From Ascidiella aspersa (Eukaryota): 64,000 nucleotides of DNA. The stretch covers positions 6,386,001 through 6,450,000 of the forward strand of contig OZ004613.1 in NCBI GenBank assembly GCA_963924565.1. The letters are read 5' to 3'. The translations under genes were made by a program, and so were the position numbers. Every line of letters begins with the position of its first letter. Position 1 is the first letter of the stretch. Under the pieces are notes generated by a model. That model was not told the DNA's origin and did no database searches. It was given only the letters and a program-made list of their open reading frames with translations. Below, one piece after another: positions 35,419 through 47,800 of the stretch.

Positions 35419-35839
35419 GTACACCGAAAGCCATCGCAGACTCACCGAATCTGTTGATCTATGATGCAAGCAGAGCAGACTAGAAAAACAACTAGCCTGC
35501 AGTGAGGTTCGAACTCACGACCTCCTATGCAGGCTCAGAAGAGAACAAGTCGAGAAACAACCATGCGCCAATGCTTGCTCATTGAACAAATGATATGGTA
35601 CTGTGGATCCCCTTCAATGAGGTTGCTTGTACTAACAGATTGAGCAAGCATTGGCGCATGGTTGTTTCTCGACTCGTTCCCTTCTGAGCCTGCATAGCTC
35701 AGTTGGTAGAGCGACGGTCCCGGCTTGACCGGAGGTCATAAGTTCGAACCTCACTGCAGGCTATAGTTGTTTTTCTAGTCTGCTCTGCTTGCATCATAGA
35801 TCGACAGATTCGGTGAGTCTGCGATGGCTTTCGGTGTAC
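35419..35839. mobile_element. Palindromic (fold-back) element with tRNA-derived arms
   Basis: 35419-~35581 is the reverse complement of ~35640-35839, apart from a 34-nt deletion, around a ~58-nt spacer. Both ends read GTACACCGAAAGCC. Confidence 0.85.
35688..35762 (+). tRNA. tRNA-like cloverleaf (pseudo-tRNA/SINE head; anticodon position GGC, non-canonical loop)
   Basis: Acceptor stem GCCTGCA/TGCAGGC, A-box TAGCTCAGTTGGTAGAGC, stem CGGTC/GACCG and B-box GTTCGAACC. The loop CCGGCTT lacks U33 and purine-37, so it is probably not a functional tRNA. Confidence 0.55.
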
Positions 35840-37958
35840 CAATGAAACGAATATATAAAATGGCTTTACGAACAATATATAAATGGCTTGACTGAAGCCA
35901 AATCAACTTGAGCTTACTGCCACACACCGTTGATATTGTGCTGGCCGTTTGTAATTAAAACTTTCGCGCGATTTCAATTCCATATCGAATAATAACGAAC
36001 GACTAGAAAACCGTAAAAACTCAGAAACAAGATTCGAAATAATGTGATCAACCGGAATTAAACGCCCAATTTTCACGATCTTCTAATTCAATTGCTAGTG
36101 TCGGCCATTCCTTGATGAGTTTTTACAAAAATAAAACAACACAACAACTAACGATGTCGTGCAAATGCAATATAAGAGCTTAACACAAATCGTGATCCAG
36201 TAGAAAAATGGAGGTTAAAATGTTGCATAAATGCTTTTGAACACCAAGTATAAAGCACAACCAACACATACAACTTTTATAAGCACAACACACCAATAAT
36301 CGCACTGACGGTTTTCAACACTATTGTAATGTACTTATGCCACTTTGCTGCTAAAAACTAAACTTAAATAAACTCGGCCAGTTTGTCTGTTTAAAACTGA
36401 GACATTTGGTCTAAATAAGTTGTGTCAAACATGCAACCTGTAGGTCGCATGTCGCACTTTACACACACGCCTAATTTTTTGCACCCGAGACGCACACTAC
36501 GTTGAATTTCTTAACTGGGTGGATTTGCTGATTTTGTATAGTTTTTCCCCAAAAAAATCCACGATATTTGTCGCGCGTTTAGTTCAAAATGCAATATTTT
36601 CCAATACCATGGCATTTTCGGTGATCGAAAACATAAAATTTATGCGGCTCCCATGCAACGTTATCACTTTGCATTTATTGAGGATGCTAAAACGTCAATA
36701 TTCATCTCCACAATGTAAATCACTGCTTTTTACCCGGTGCGCCGCAGTACATAAAAAAAAACAGATGAATTTTATGGAATAAAACTTGCACGAAATTTCG
36801 GGGAAATGCGGATATAATCAACAAATTTCGCGCTCGCTCGTTTCTTAGTTCTGTTGGTGCGGCCCGCTAACGCAATTAAATTATCTCGCGCGACCCACAC
36901 TGAGACTTGACTTCAACACAGACTATTTTCACGCACTAAAGACTCGTTAAAATATGTGAAAGTGCATATCAAATAATACCTTGGGCAAAGTAAAGTGCAT
37001 TCTATATTAAAGTAGCAAAGTTTTCCAATACAATTATCTCCTAACAAATGACTACAAACAAGAATCGACGTGGCTATATATAAAACGTATACGAGCAGGG
37101 GCGCCAGCAGAAAATTTTCCAGGGGGGGCAATCAGGGGCGTAACCAGAAAATCAAAAAAGGGCCCTGAATTTTCAACTTAGGGATTTCCCCCCTTTTCGC
37201 CTGATATTAATGAATAATGAAGTCATTAAAACAGTGACAATATGACGTCATAGAATGGTGATTGCAAGAAGAGATAGAAAAAAAACAGAAACAGTCAAAT
37301 ACGTCCAGCAAAAGCGAGCACGTGCGTCGTCGACAATCCTGTCAGGCACCAGCTGCGAAACCACAGTGTGCAATCGTTAACTTTAGGCAAAAAAACAAAT
37401 CAAGACCTTAAAATATGTGTGTTTAATTGTGGAAGAATCACACATAATTTGACTATCAGCAGCGCAGTTTTCAAGTTCCATGAACGGAACTAGCGCTCAA
37501 TTCTAAATTACAAGTAAGCCTTTCACCACGTGCAATACCAAACGAAGATCGTTTTTACCGGGTGTTGTTATGCCACGATTGACGCAACATCTGCGCCGAG
37601 TTGTGTATCAAGTCAGCTAAATTACAAGCTGTGGTTGAGGGGAAATAAGTCGTGTCCATTGCACACTTAGCACGTGGTCTTAGTAGAGTATGCTTAAAGA
37701 GCATAATTTTGCGTTAACTATCATTACTTAAAAATTTATACTTGAAAACGTGCACGACAGTCACCATTATACCTCCTTTTAAGAATCTGCTTCATTTAAG
37801 CAAATGTCGATGCTACACCAACATCGGATATTAGCGCAGAGACTGAACAGCGAGGAACATACTGCGTATAACTCGTTTTTAGCGAGAAAAAAGGAAATAA
37901 GGTTTGACTTAGCTTTGTCAATTGTCGAATCCACACTTGCTAATCATTCAACCTAAGC

Positions 37959-38715
37959 CAGCGCTTTTCAACCAGTGGGGGCCATAAGAACATTTGAGGT
38001 GGGCCACAGACCAATTTAAAAAGCTAGATTTAGTTTCATTTGTGTCATTGTATTTAATTTTAAAGGAATAATGGTTTGGCAGAAATTAAAAAGCAATGTA
38101 AACTTATTGTTCAGCCGCAAGTATTTCACTAATGCACGGTTGGTTAAATAATCTGTTTTGAAATATGTTCTGCTGTGTTTTGTTCTAAACCAGGGGTGTC
38201 CAACAAGCGGCACGCGTGCCAAATGTGTCACACGACCCAATAAAAAATGGCACGCAAGCCTTCCTAAAATAGGCTACTTTATTTGTTATTCACCCAATTG
38301 TCAAAAAATCATTTATTTTGTACAGTAAATTGCTAATTTTTTATACAGTAAAATCCTTCTAATACTATAACAATATATTGTAGTGGAGGCTAGCATTTAC
38401 ATATCTATAAAGTTTGGTGTGAGGAAACAAGAAGCAAAATTCAGCTCACCGACGGACAGTTTGCTGCAGTAATGCGCACTGCTATACGTCTTTATTGTTT
38501 TTAAAAATGCGCTTTTATTATTAGAAAGAATTAGTTACTAAACTTTGGCACGGGAAGAAGTTATAGGATAAAAATTGGCACGCCGGCATGATTGAGTTGG
38601 ACACCCCTGTTCTAAACCTATTTTAAAGGTTTTTCTTTCATAAAAATTCTATTGGGCCACAGAATTTTTTTGCAACGTACATGGGCCACGAAAGAAAAAA
38701 GGTTGAGAACCACTG
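37959..38715 (-). mobile_element. hAT MITE of the same family as 18296-18640, inverted, with a nested MITE
   Basis: Reverse-complement homology to 18296-18640. TSD ACCTAAGC/ACCTAAAC. Confidence 0.88.
38191..38609. mobile_element. Nested hAT MITE
   Basis: TIR CAGGGGTGTCCAAC / GTTGGACACCCCTG with a perfect 8-bp TSD, TTCTAAAC. Confidence 0.92.
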
Positions 38716-41700
38716 ACCTAAACAAACAACGAAAGATAAAAACTATCCAGCGTTTACGGTCGACCAAACTAAAAACAAAAAACGGCGTTTTGCGTTCGAT
38801 TTTGGCTTCGCATTAGATTAAGACGCGTGTGACCCAATTACTTGAAAAGCACACCGCTTCGAACAGTTTGCTAAACCATGACAAAAACGAACCAAAAACG
38901 ATAATATCACTTACTAAAAGGGGGGGGAAGAACTCCCGCCCCCTATTGGATACGCCACCAGCGGCAATGGATAGTGTATATTATTTTTAACCTTTGTAAG
39001 TAATACATATTATACATACAAATAATACTAATAATCACATTTTAAAATTCCAGGGGGGTGGAGCGTATTTATGTAAAGTATACGAGCGTATTTCTGTAAA
39101 GTACTGCTTTTATGACAGTCAAAATTTTACTCTCATTACATCGCTTGAGCCTAAATTACTTGCTTATAGAATGAATGCAAGTATATAGTTTGTTTTAATT
39201 TTTATTGCAGAACGTGTCTGTAGATGCAAGAAATGGTTAAAGATTCATTGCAATGTCCATATACAATTATCATCAAAAAATGACTACAAACAAGAATCGG
39301 CGTGGCTGTATAAAGCGTATACTTAAGAGCGTATTTGTGCAAAGAACTGCATTTGTGACCATCAAAACTTTACTCTCATTTTATTACTTGACCTATAACC
39401 TACATGCCTATTAGTATGGACAAAACACCATCAAATAATGCAAGTATTTAGTTTTTACATTTTTTACAGATGCAGGAAATGGTTAAAGATTCATTGCTAT
39501 GTCCAATTTCATTTTTTCAATACATCTGTTTGATAATTTTTACACTAAACACCTTTTAATCGATTCAAGCATTTATATATAGAATAGTAATAATGGGTTT
39601 CTGTTGGTAGTAGGCCTAACGATTAAATTATTAACTGCATATTTTACATATTGCTACTTTCATTAAACGAAAATAAAACCTGAAAAACCTACAACAAATT
39701 TGTTTCCCTACAAATCCTGGTGTTACTTAGAATCATGAAAAAACGTTATAAATATTACTCCAGCTGACAATTGTTATGCTGAATACTTGAAACTCCACCG
39801 AATTTATTCTGGCAAACCTTTTTTCTCTCCAGACTCCAGCAACACAAAACCACCCTCGCTTCACCATTTGGCCTCTTTTTGTGGCCGTTACACCGTCAAA
39901 CAATGTCGGCACATTCTCGCTAAGACTGTCTGTCGCGTTACGTCATACACTTGTCGCGAGACGTTCGATTCATGTCGCGTGTCGCTCAAATATGACAAAT
40001 GTTACCTGTTGGTAAACAAATGTTTGTAAACTAAAATATTAGGTTTCATAGCTAAAATCTGTTATAAATAATTGTAGTCAATGTTTTGCTCAATTAAGTG
40101 TAGTAATGACGTCATTGGGTATCGGATCGCGATAGTTTAGGTCCAAAATATCGGCTATCGGTATCGGAATAAAAATATTTAGGCTGTACCTTGATATTTT
40201 GATTATATTTTCGTTCAAGGATCAATAGGAAACGCACCAGCGGTAACCGCACAGTTTGTGTTGTTGGCTGCTGATGTGTGATTGGCCTTTTTTTTTAAAT
40301 AACTGTATTTATAAATAAGCCATTATACTTGATATCAGACCGGACCATTACTACCAACTTAGCCATCTAAATACAATTTTTCGTGATTCTTTTGTTTCTT
40401 TTTAGCATGTTTTTTTCATTTCTAAAGTATATTCGTGCCTAAAGGCGCCGTGCAATATATCCAGTTTTTCTTTGTGTCCACGGCATAGCACTGTGTGGAC
40501 CTCGACTGTCCAAAATGCGCAATTGTTTGCCATGAGTGCACATCTAAAACGTTATGCCACATGGTTGTTGTATCCCCAGTAGTACCGAGCCAACTGTTAA
40601 AAAACACTTTTTCTTCTTTTATCCGCTTTTTTGCAAACGTTTTAGGTGATTTCGCTGCAAAATGCCCCAAGTCTCTGTTTAAGATAAACATTTTGCTAAT
40701 TTAAACCCATTTCATATTTCTAAACCCTACGATTAACTTAATTTTAGTTTGCAAACAAGTTTGTTCGAGAGAAGTACTCTTTATACTATTCTCTAAATTA
40801 GGACATCACGTTATGACGTAACTTTTGAGTTCACATTTAAAAAAATATGAAGTTGCAAGAGGCAGACTTGGATAACTAGATAATTTTAGTGGCTTATTAA
40901 ATTTTAAAGCAAAATGCGGCTAATTTTAATACTAATAAAATTTAAAAACTCCCAAGTCTGACGCCAGAGCGCCAACTAGTGGAGGTACGACTCTGTATCA
41001 GCCATATACGCATTTCAATAATAGCTTACTCATCAATTGAATATCAACTGATAAAAAATGAACTTAAGTAAAACTGTGTTTATAATGAAGTTATGTGCTT
41101 TTAACTTAACTTACAGATTTGGAAATTTCGTGACTTGTTTGTTGCTATTGTTTAAAACACTCAAAACTACAAATGGCATTTGTTGTAGTTGAAGTCGATT
41201 TGAAACCATTTGAACAATTACAAGCAACCTATGGAACCAACCAAGGTTCCACTACAAATCCCACTTTGAAGAAAAATATCCTGAAGTATTTTTTAATGGA
41301 TTTAAATAATGTGTTTTGGCTAATAACGCATGCCATATTTGTATTTTTGTCTTATCATTTAGTTTATTGTTTTTTGTAATTGCTATTATACTTTTCTGTC
41401 TTTCTGGAAATAGCGGCTTGCAATGCAATCGGCCGGCTCCATTATTTCGGCAGCTTTTGCGCCTTATATGAAGCAGCAAGGCTGATTAAAAGCGAGCCGG
41501 CTGCTTTAGAAGCGGCCATTTGAACTGGCCGATTTATGTTGAGGAAAACGAATTAAAGGCGCCGAAGCAAAGGCAATCAGTTTAGCGCAGAATGAGCCGT
41601 AAGCAATCCCACGAGAAAAGTAAAATAAATGTAAACTACTGCAGTTGTCGAGCCAACAAAATTAAATGGCGACCGTTCGGTTGAAAGATACTGATTTCAA

Positions 41701-44700
41701 TTAAAATGTTTCTCCCAGTCTACACAAATCTTTCGTAACCTGGCCTGTTTATTTGGTGTTTGTTTATTAATTGTTATGAAACAATGGCCATTATTACCAG
41801 CCAATCGTTTTTGACGATTACTAAGATCGACATTTAGTTGTTGCATATTGTTAGCTGAATGTTTTTGTAGCAGGAAAAGTTAATTATCAGGTAACTTGTG
41901 ATTGATATGCTTGCTGTTGCAGTTGAAAATGTTTAACGCTGATTGCATTAGGTGAAATTAAATAGCGTAATATTATCATGGTTGTATAGCAGTTCGGTTA
42001 GTTTTATTTGTAATTTGACTGACAACAGTAGTTTTTTCATTTGACTGGTTTAGTTTAATTTAGAAACAGTATTTATGTGACGCATTGGAGTACGATAATT
42101 GGCATCTAGACTAAAAAGCATATTTGTGGTCAGAAATATAGATTGTACTGAAAAAAGATTATAGATCTGTATAGACATATTTTGCCTATACTGCAACTGG
42201 AGTCAAGTTAAAACTCATATCGTATTTTTCGTTAATCTTTACGAACTGTTTTGGGCAAACCTAAATCGACACTATAAATAAACAGTGCAACAAATTTGTG
42301 GCAGTTGTGTCTTGACAATCAATCAGCTAGTTTTACGCAAAACATATTTGGACAATAAAAATATTGGAATATTTTGCTGAAAATTATTTTTTTTCACTTT
42401 TTTATTACCGATTGCCATAAAACAGGCAATAAGAATAAATTTTAAACAAAACTCTTTTAAGGTAGAATAATATAAATAAACAACGCAATATTGGAATTAA
42501 AAGTATAACTAAAGAATATAATAATGGATAAGATAGAATCTATCATTTAATTTACACTTGATTATCTTTAAATTTAACTTGAAATATAGCGGTTCAGAAG
42601 ATGTTTTGTATTAGAAGCTATCATTATTTTGTAAAATGTTTATCAGATTCATAAAAGAAAAGTTTTACAAATTTAATCTGTCTTGATATAGTTTTTATTT
42701 TGTCTTACTTTTATTATCACTATTATGGTAAACGGTAATAAAAAGGAAAAAAAAAATCATTTTGCGTTAAATTAACCAAATTACGGCCAACTATAATTTT
42801 CAATTTGTCTCGCCAGATGTTGGAATGTTTTTGTTTTTAAAGTTTGTCCCCACAAAATCTCACCTTATTGCAGTCTGGCTTGTTGTTTCGTAATCGCGGC
42901 TTGCAACGCGATCGGGCTACTTTATAATAGCCGCTTCTAATCGGCCGGCTCCATTATTTCGGCCGTATTTTGTGCCTTATATGAAGCGACAAGACTTGAT
43001 GAAAAAGGAGCCGGCTGCTTTGGAATCAGCCTTTTAAACTGGCCGATTTATGTGAAGCACAACGAATTTAAGGCACCGAGCAAACGCAATCAGTTTGGTG
43101 CAGAATGAGCAATTACACGACAAAATCAGTTGACATTGTTGTGTTGTGTTGTATTAGACCTCTGTGATAAGTTTGCTGCTGATTAATGCTGCAAGTCTTC
43201 TTTGATAAGGTAAGTTGAGAGTTGTGTTTTGTTTATCACTTCTAGCTTAGTTTCAGACTAAAGTGCAACCGAATTCTAATTTCCTTCAAATTATTTATTT
43301 CGTTCCCCGGTGGAAATTTATTACTGAGCAAAATCTATACAATGCAATAAAATATTTTTTTGTTAAGAGGAAATTTTATGTGTATCCAAGGAAACATTTA
43401 ACAGTTATTGAAATGTAAAGAAGAGTAAAGGATTTGGGTTTTATTCCACATTTTGAATGAACTTTATTCATATATTGACATGATTCACATTACAGCCAAC
43501 CATTGTTTAACTTCCATTTATTCTGGCGACAAATCTCACAGGCAAATCAAAAGGAGAACGTTTACAGCACGAATAAAATTAAAATACAGCCTGTTCAATG
43601 TTTATTAATCGAAAACATTCTATTCACACTTGATTTGTTCTAAACATGAAACACGGCCAACCATTAGTATCTGTCAAATTGTAATAAGTTTGATGTTGAC
43701 TCAATTCATGTCTTATTGCACTGGTTTTAAAGTGTTTGAAACGTTGAAAATTGACTTTATATGAGTTGGTTTTCTTATTTACACATTCTTACAAGGAAGT
43801 GATGTCATTTGGCAAAATGCCAGTACCACGACTTTTATATGGTGCGCACTTAACAAAATAAACGTGTCGTGCAAACCAAGTGGCTTTGAACAAGCATCGA
43901 AAAACTACACGGCAAGGCAACATGTAGATGTAAGATCCATAATACTATCAGTTATATAATTGGTGGTTTCCACTTAAGTCTTGTATGCTTGCCGGCATTC
44001 AAGTTTGAAATACGAATGTGCTAGTTTCAAAATTACGAAAACTGCACGCCACCCTTCAGAATTACTCGAGGCAAACAATTTTAGAAGCACCACTTAACGC
44101 AACGTGATTGAAACCAAGGCACGCGGACCACTTATGGCACGGCGCAACATCGTTATCTGTTAACGTTGTTTAATTGAGTGATACAAAAGCTTATTATTGA
44201 TACTTTCGTTTCGCATAGCATTCTTGGTAGAGTGTTCGCGTACTAACCATATCAAAAACCAGAAAAGCTAATACAGTTCGATAAATTAATGGAACAAATA
44301 AGTATTAAATCTGGAGCCTGCTGTGTATGCCCGCAAAAAACGCAAATAACTTGTGGCCACCAGATTCTGACATTATTTTGCCACCCTGATTAAAGGGATG
44401 GGTAGATGAAGTAAAACACTAAAGTAACAGTCCATTATTGCCAGGTTACTGAACAATTGTTAACTCCCAGTTATATACGAAAAAATAAGTTATGAGCCGT
44501 CAAGATTATTTTGCTTGTGTTCGTGTATTGTTCGGTTGTTGGAAGCGCAGACGAACTGTTTAAAAATGATGGAAAATAAACCCTGATGCTACTGCTGAAA
44601 GAAAATACGAAAAGGCAAAAGTATTTAAAGGAATCGATCGCCTTTAGTGGTGCGTTTGCATAAAACACAACTTTGTCCTTTCTCTTCTGTAGCCAACTTG

Positions 44701-44831
44701 AAGTTATTTTTTTTTCTTTATGGTCGAAATTGCTTGGCGTTCCTTCTGTTGATATGAAGCCTTGGTTTACGCTTGCAAGTCAGCACAAAACTCTTTTCTC
44801 GTTGTTAGATCCTAATTGCGACCTCTGCTCC

Positions 44832-47800
44832 TCATAGCAGAAGGCATCTCTGGCGTCTGCGCCTTCTCCGGCCTGATCGCTGTAACACAAAACAAACGCA
44901 ATAAAATACTTTGTGTGAGTACATTCCAATCAACTTATTCAAGTGCTGCGGAGTCGGTTTAGAACAACCAGTGTCCACCTTGGCCTTGTTTTGCAAGCAC
45001 CACCACTATGGGCGAATACACGAGTTCAGAAGCTATAAAAAAATGTAAAATGATGTTCGAGATATTGTTTCCCTGCAAATTGTTTTTGAATTTGTAGAAT
45101 CTATTTGAATAAGGAAACTGAAGATGCCACTTGGCGAAATATATTTTCCTTATAAACAAACGTCTGATCCTGTTTTTACTCATGTTTTTAACTATGAGTT
45201 TTACTTGTAAATATACGCGTCAGCGGAGCAGTGATCTATGGCTAAAACCTGCCGCCGATGGTTTTGGTTTCTATAAAGATACACCCTAATTATACATATT
45301 CTTACAATGTGAGTCTTACCTTGCGCAGAGAATCCACATCAGCTTCATCGATGCCGCATCCTTCTAACCCCAGCTCTTGTACATTGTGGGCACAAGTTCG
45401 GAGGAAAGCGAGTCCTTGCGACCCTAACTTGTTGCGGTTCAGGTTCAAATTCCTCATCTACATAAGCACAACATAATGTTAGACACAAGCACGTGGTTGG
45501 CTGCATAAAGGTTCTAGCAAATTGAACAATGCATATTCGCAACTTACACCACAAAATGTGCTATTCTTAATAGTTAAGGTAACAACTTTGGGATATATAA
45601 TATCTATTGGGGCCATGGTGGACGAAATAACTTAATGGGACATTTGTTAACTATAGCAACTGAAAAATGATTGAATGCCTTGTGATTGGATATTTTGTTA
45701 TTTTTCTTTAAATACACAATTTGCGTAAAGTTAACATGCGTTTAAAATAAACTAGACCCCTGGTCATTAATTCCAGCTACGCGTTTTCTACACCCTCTCA
45801 ATTATTTCTGCATAAGTTTTATAAAACACGTGGCCATGGCGCTCCCAAACCTTATTTTTTCCTATTGTATCTATGGAAAAGCAAAAATATTTCGCAATAC
45901 GCGCCAATTTAACTTATGTTTCTAGTATGTCTTACCCAACTTGAAAACCGGTTTATCCATGGGAGCCGTGTGTCTTACCGCACCCTCGAAAATTAAAGTT
46001 TGGGAACCTAAACTATTTAAAAGTATTTTTTCACGCTAGTGCTTTTCCTTCTTAAAAAACTAGTCACGTTTAGACGTAACGCTATATCCGTGATTTGGCG
46101 TAACATTGTGACATTATACCTGCAATTTTTTAACCCCCCTCAAACAAAAATCTCGCATTTGCCCCTGATAGTAGTAATTATTTAATAATGGTGAAATAAA
46201 AATTCCATTTACGGAAATAGCTTTTGTACACCAGACTGGGGTTCAGCTACCAAAGTTTACACGCAATGCTACTGCGTAGTTTATCCACCTCAATGTTATA
46301 TCAATATTCAACAAACCCTTCATTCCACAACATACTTACAGGTCGATCCATTCGTGATATGGCGTCAGTTAGGGGTTTTAGATTGGAACCAGCGATCTCG
46401 CAATCCCATAATTCCAGCTGGTTGATGTTGTGTACACTTGTTGCCAGGCAACTCAAACCACGTGAATCCATCTTGTTGCCACTTAGGTTAATTTTTTCCA
46501 ACTGTTACAATAAAGAAGGTTAAATGGTAAATTTGCCTACTATATAAACTCACACAACATCTACGAATATAGAACCGGTGACTCGAACAACATTAATTTA
46601 ATATTATTTAGCTGAGCAAGGATTGACCATCACCTATAATGCACATTAAAAGGAGTATTTTTGAATTATTAACTCTAGATGAAAAATTAAATTTCAGAAT
46701 CCTTAACTTAACTGAAACTAAGGTTGAAGAGATAATCAATATTTCGCTTTATCCAACTTATGTTGTTAAATATATTCGGCTTAACTTTCGCATATAACCA
46801 TCTAGATTTTCTGCTTTATTTTACAAAGCAAGACGTTTAAAATTCCAAATCCACAAACTCAAAACTTGTTGTGCACAGCGTAATTGTACAAGGAAGATGA
46901 GTTTAAACCACGCCTGAACAACTTAAAATTGTGCAAGGGCCACAACAAGCAAAAAAAACATTTCGCAGTCCGCATACTGAAGTTGCATAATAGGTCAGGT
47001 AACAACTACTTAAAATCGCAAAGACTCGCTTTTCTCCAAACAATAGGTCAGGTATAACTCTAGGATATTTAATATCTATTGGGGCAATGGCGGACAAAAT
47101 AGTTTTATGGAATATTTTGGTTAACTATGGCATCTCAACATTATTAAATATTTTATTATTTTTATTAAATCAACTAAAATAGACCAGACCCCAGGTCTTT
47201 ACTTTCGTGTACGCGTTTTTAGAAGAACCACAGTTTAAATATTTCTATATAAGCTTGGCAAAATCACACAAATAAAATGAGGAAAGAACCCGGGCGTTCG
47301 TATTTTAACCTAAACTCCCCTGCTTAAATTTATTGGTATTTTTTTATTGACTTGGCGACAGACGAAGCTATGCGAAATGAAGTGGCATTAAATCAAATTG
47401 CAAAAGTATGAGTGAACGTAGGCGCTTTTCGGGTTGCAATTACTTCAACAGGAAAATGTTGTTACAAAGTAGTAATTGCAATTCAAGTGTTGGTTGGTAA
47501 ATTGCTCTCATAACTAGTAAACACAAACATAAAGGATGTCTAGTTAATAACGGTCCATTGAGAAGAAGTGCTATCAGAATAAAATACTCAGACCACGGTT
47601 ATTTTAGACTCTAGCTAGAAACTATAGGGGTGGATCCATAGGAGACGTATTTTTGCCTATTGTAACAACGTGAATGCAAAACATTCCGCATAACCCGTGA
47701 ATCTAAGTTATATTTCTAGTATGTCTTATAGTTCACTTGAAAACCGGGTTATCCATGGGCGCCGCGCGTCTTATCGCACCCTCGAAAACGGAAGTGTGGG

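Noticed and set aside
35688-35762. Functional tRNA-Ala(GGC) gene
   Set aside because: The anticodon loop is non-canonical, the T-stem is mismatched and it is embedded in a palindromic repeat, so it is treated as tRNA-derived.
33200-42040. A cognate amyloid-motif effector gene (HeLo/MLKL/kinase/caspase-like) in the intergenic region
   Set aside because: I found no convincing exon chain or domain motif, and the region is mostly MITE-derived. Small exons could have been missed.
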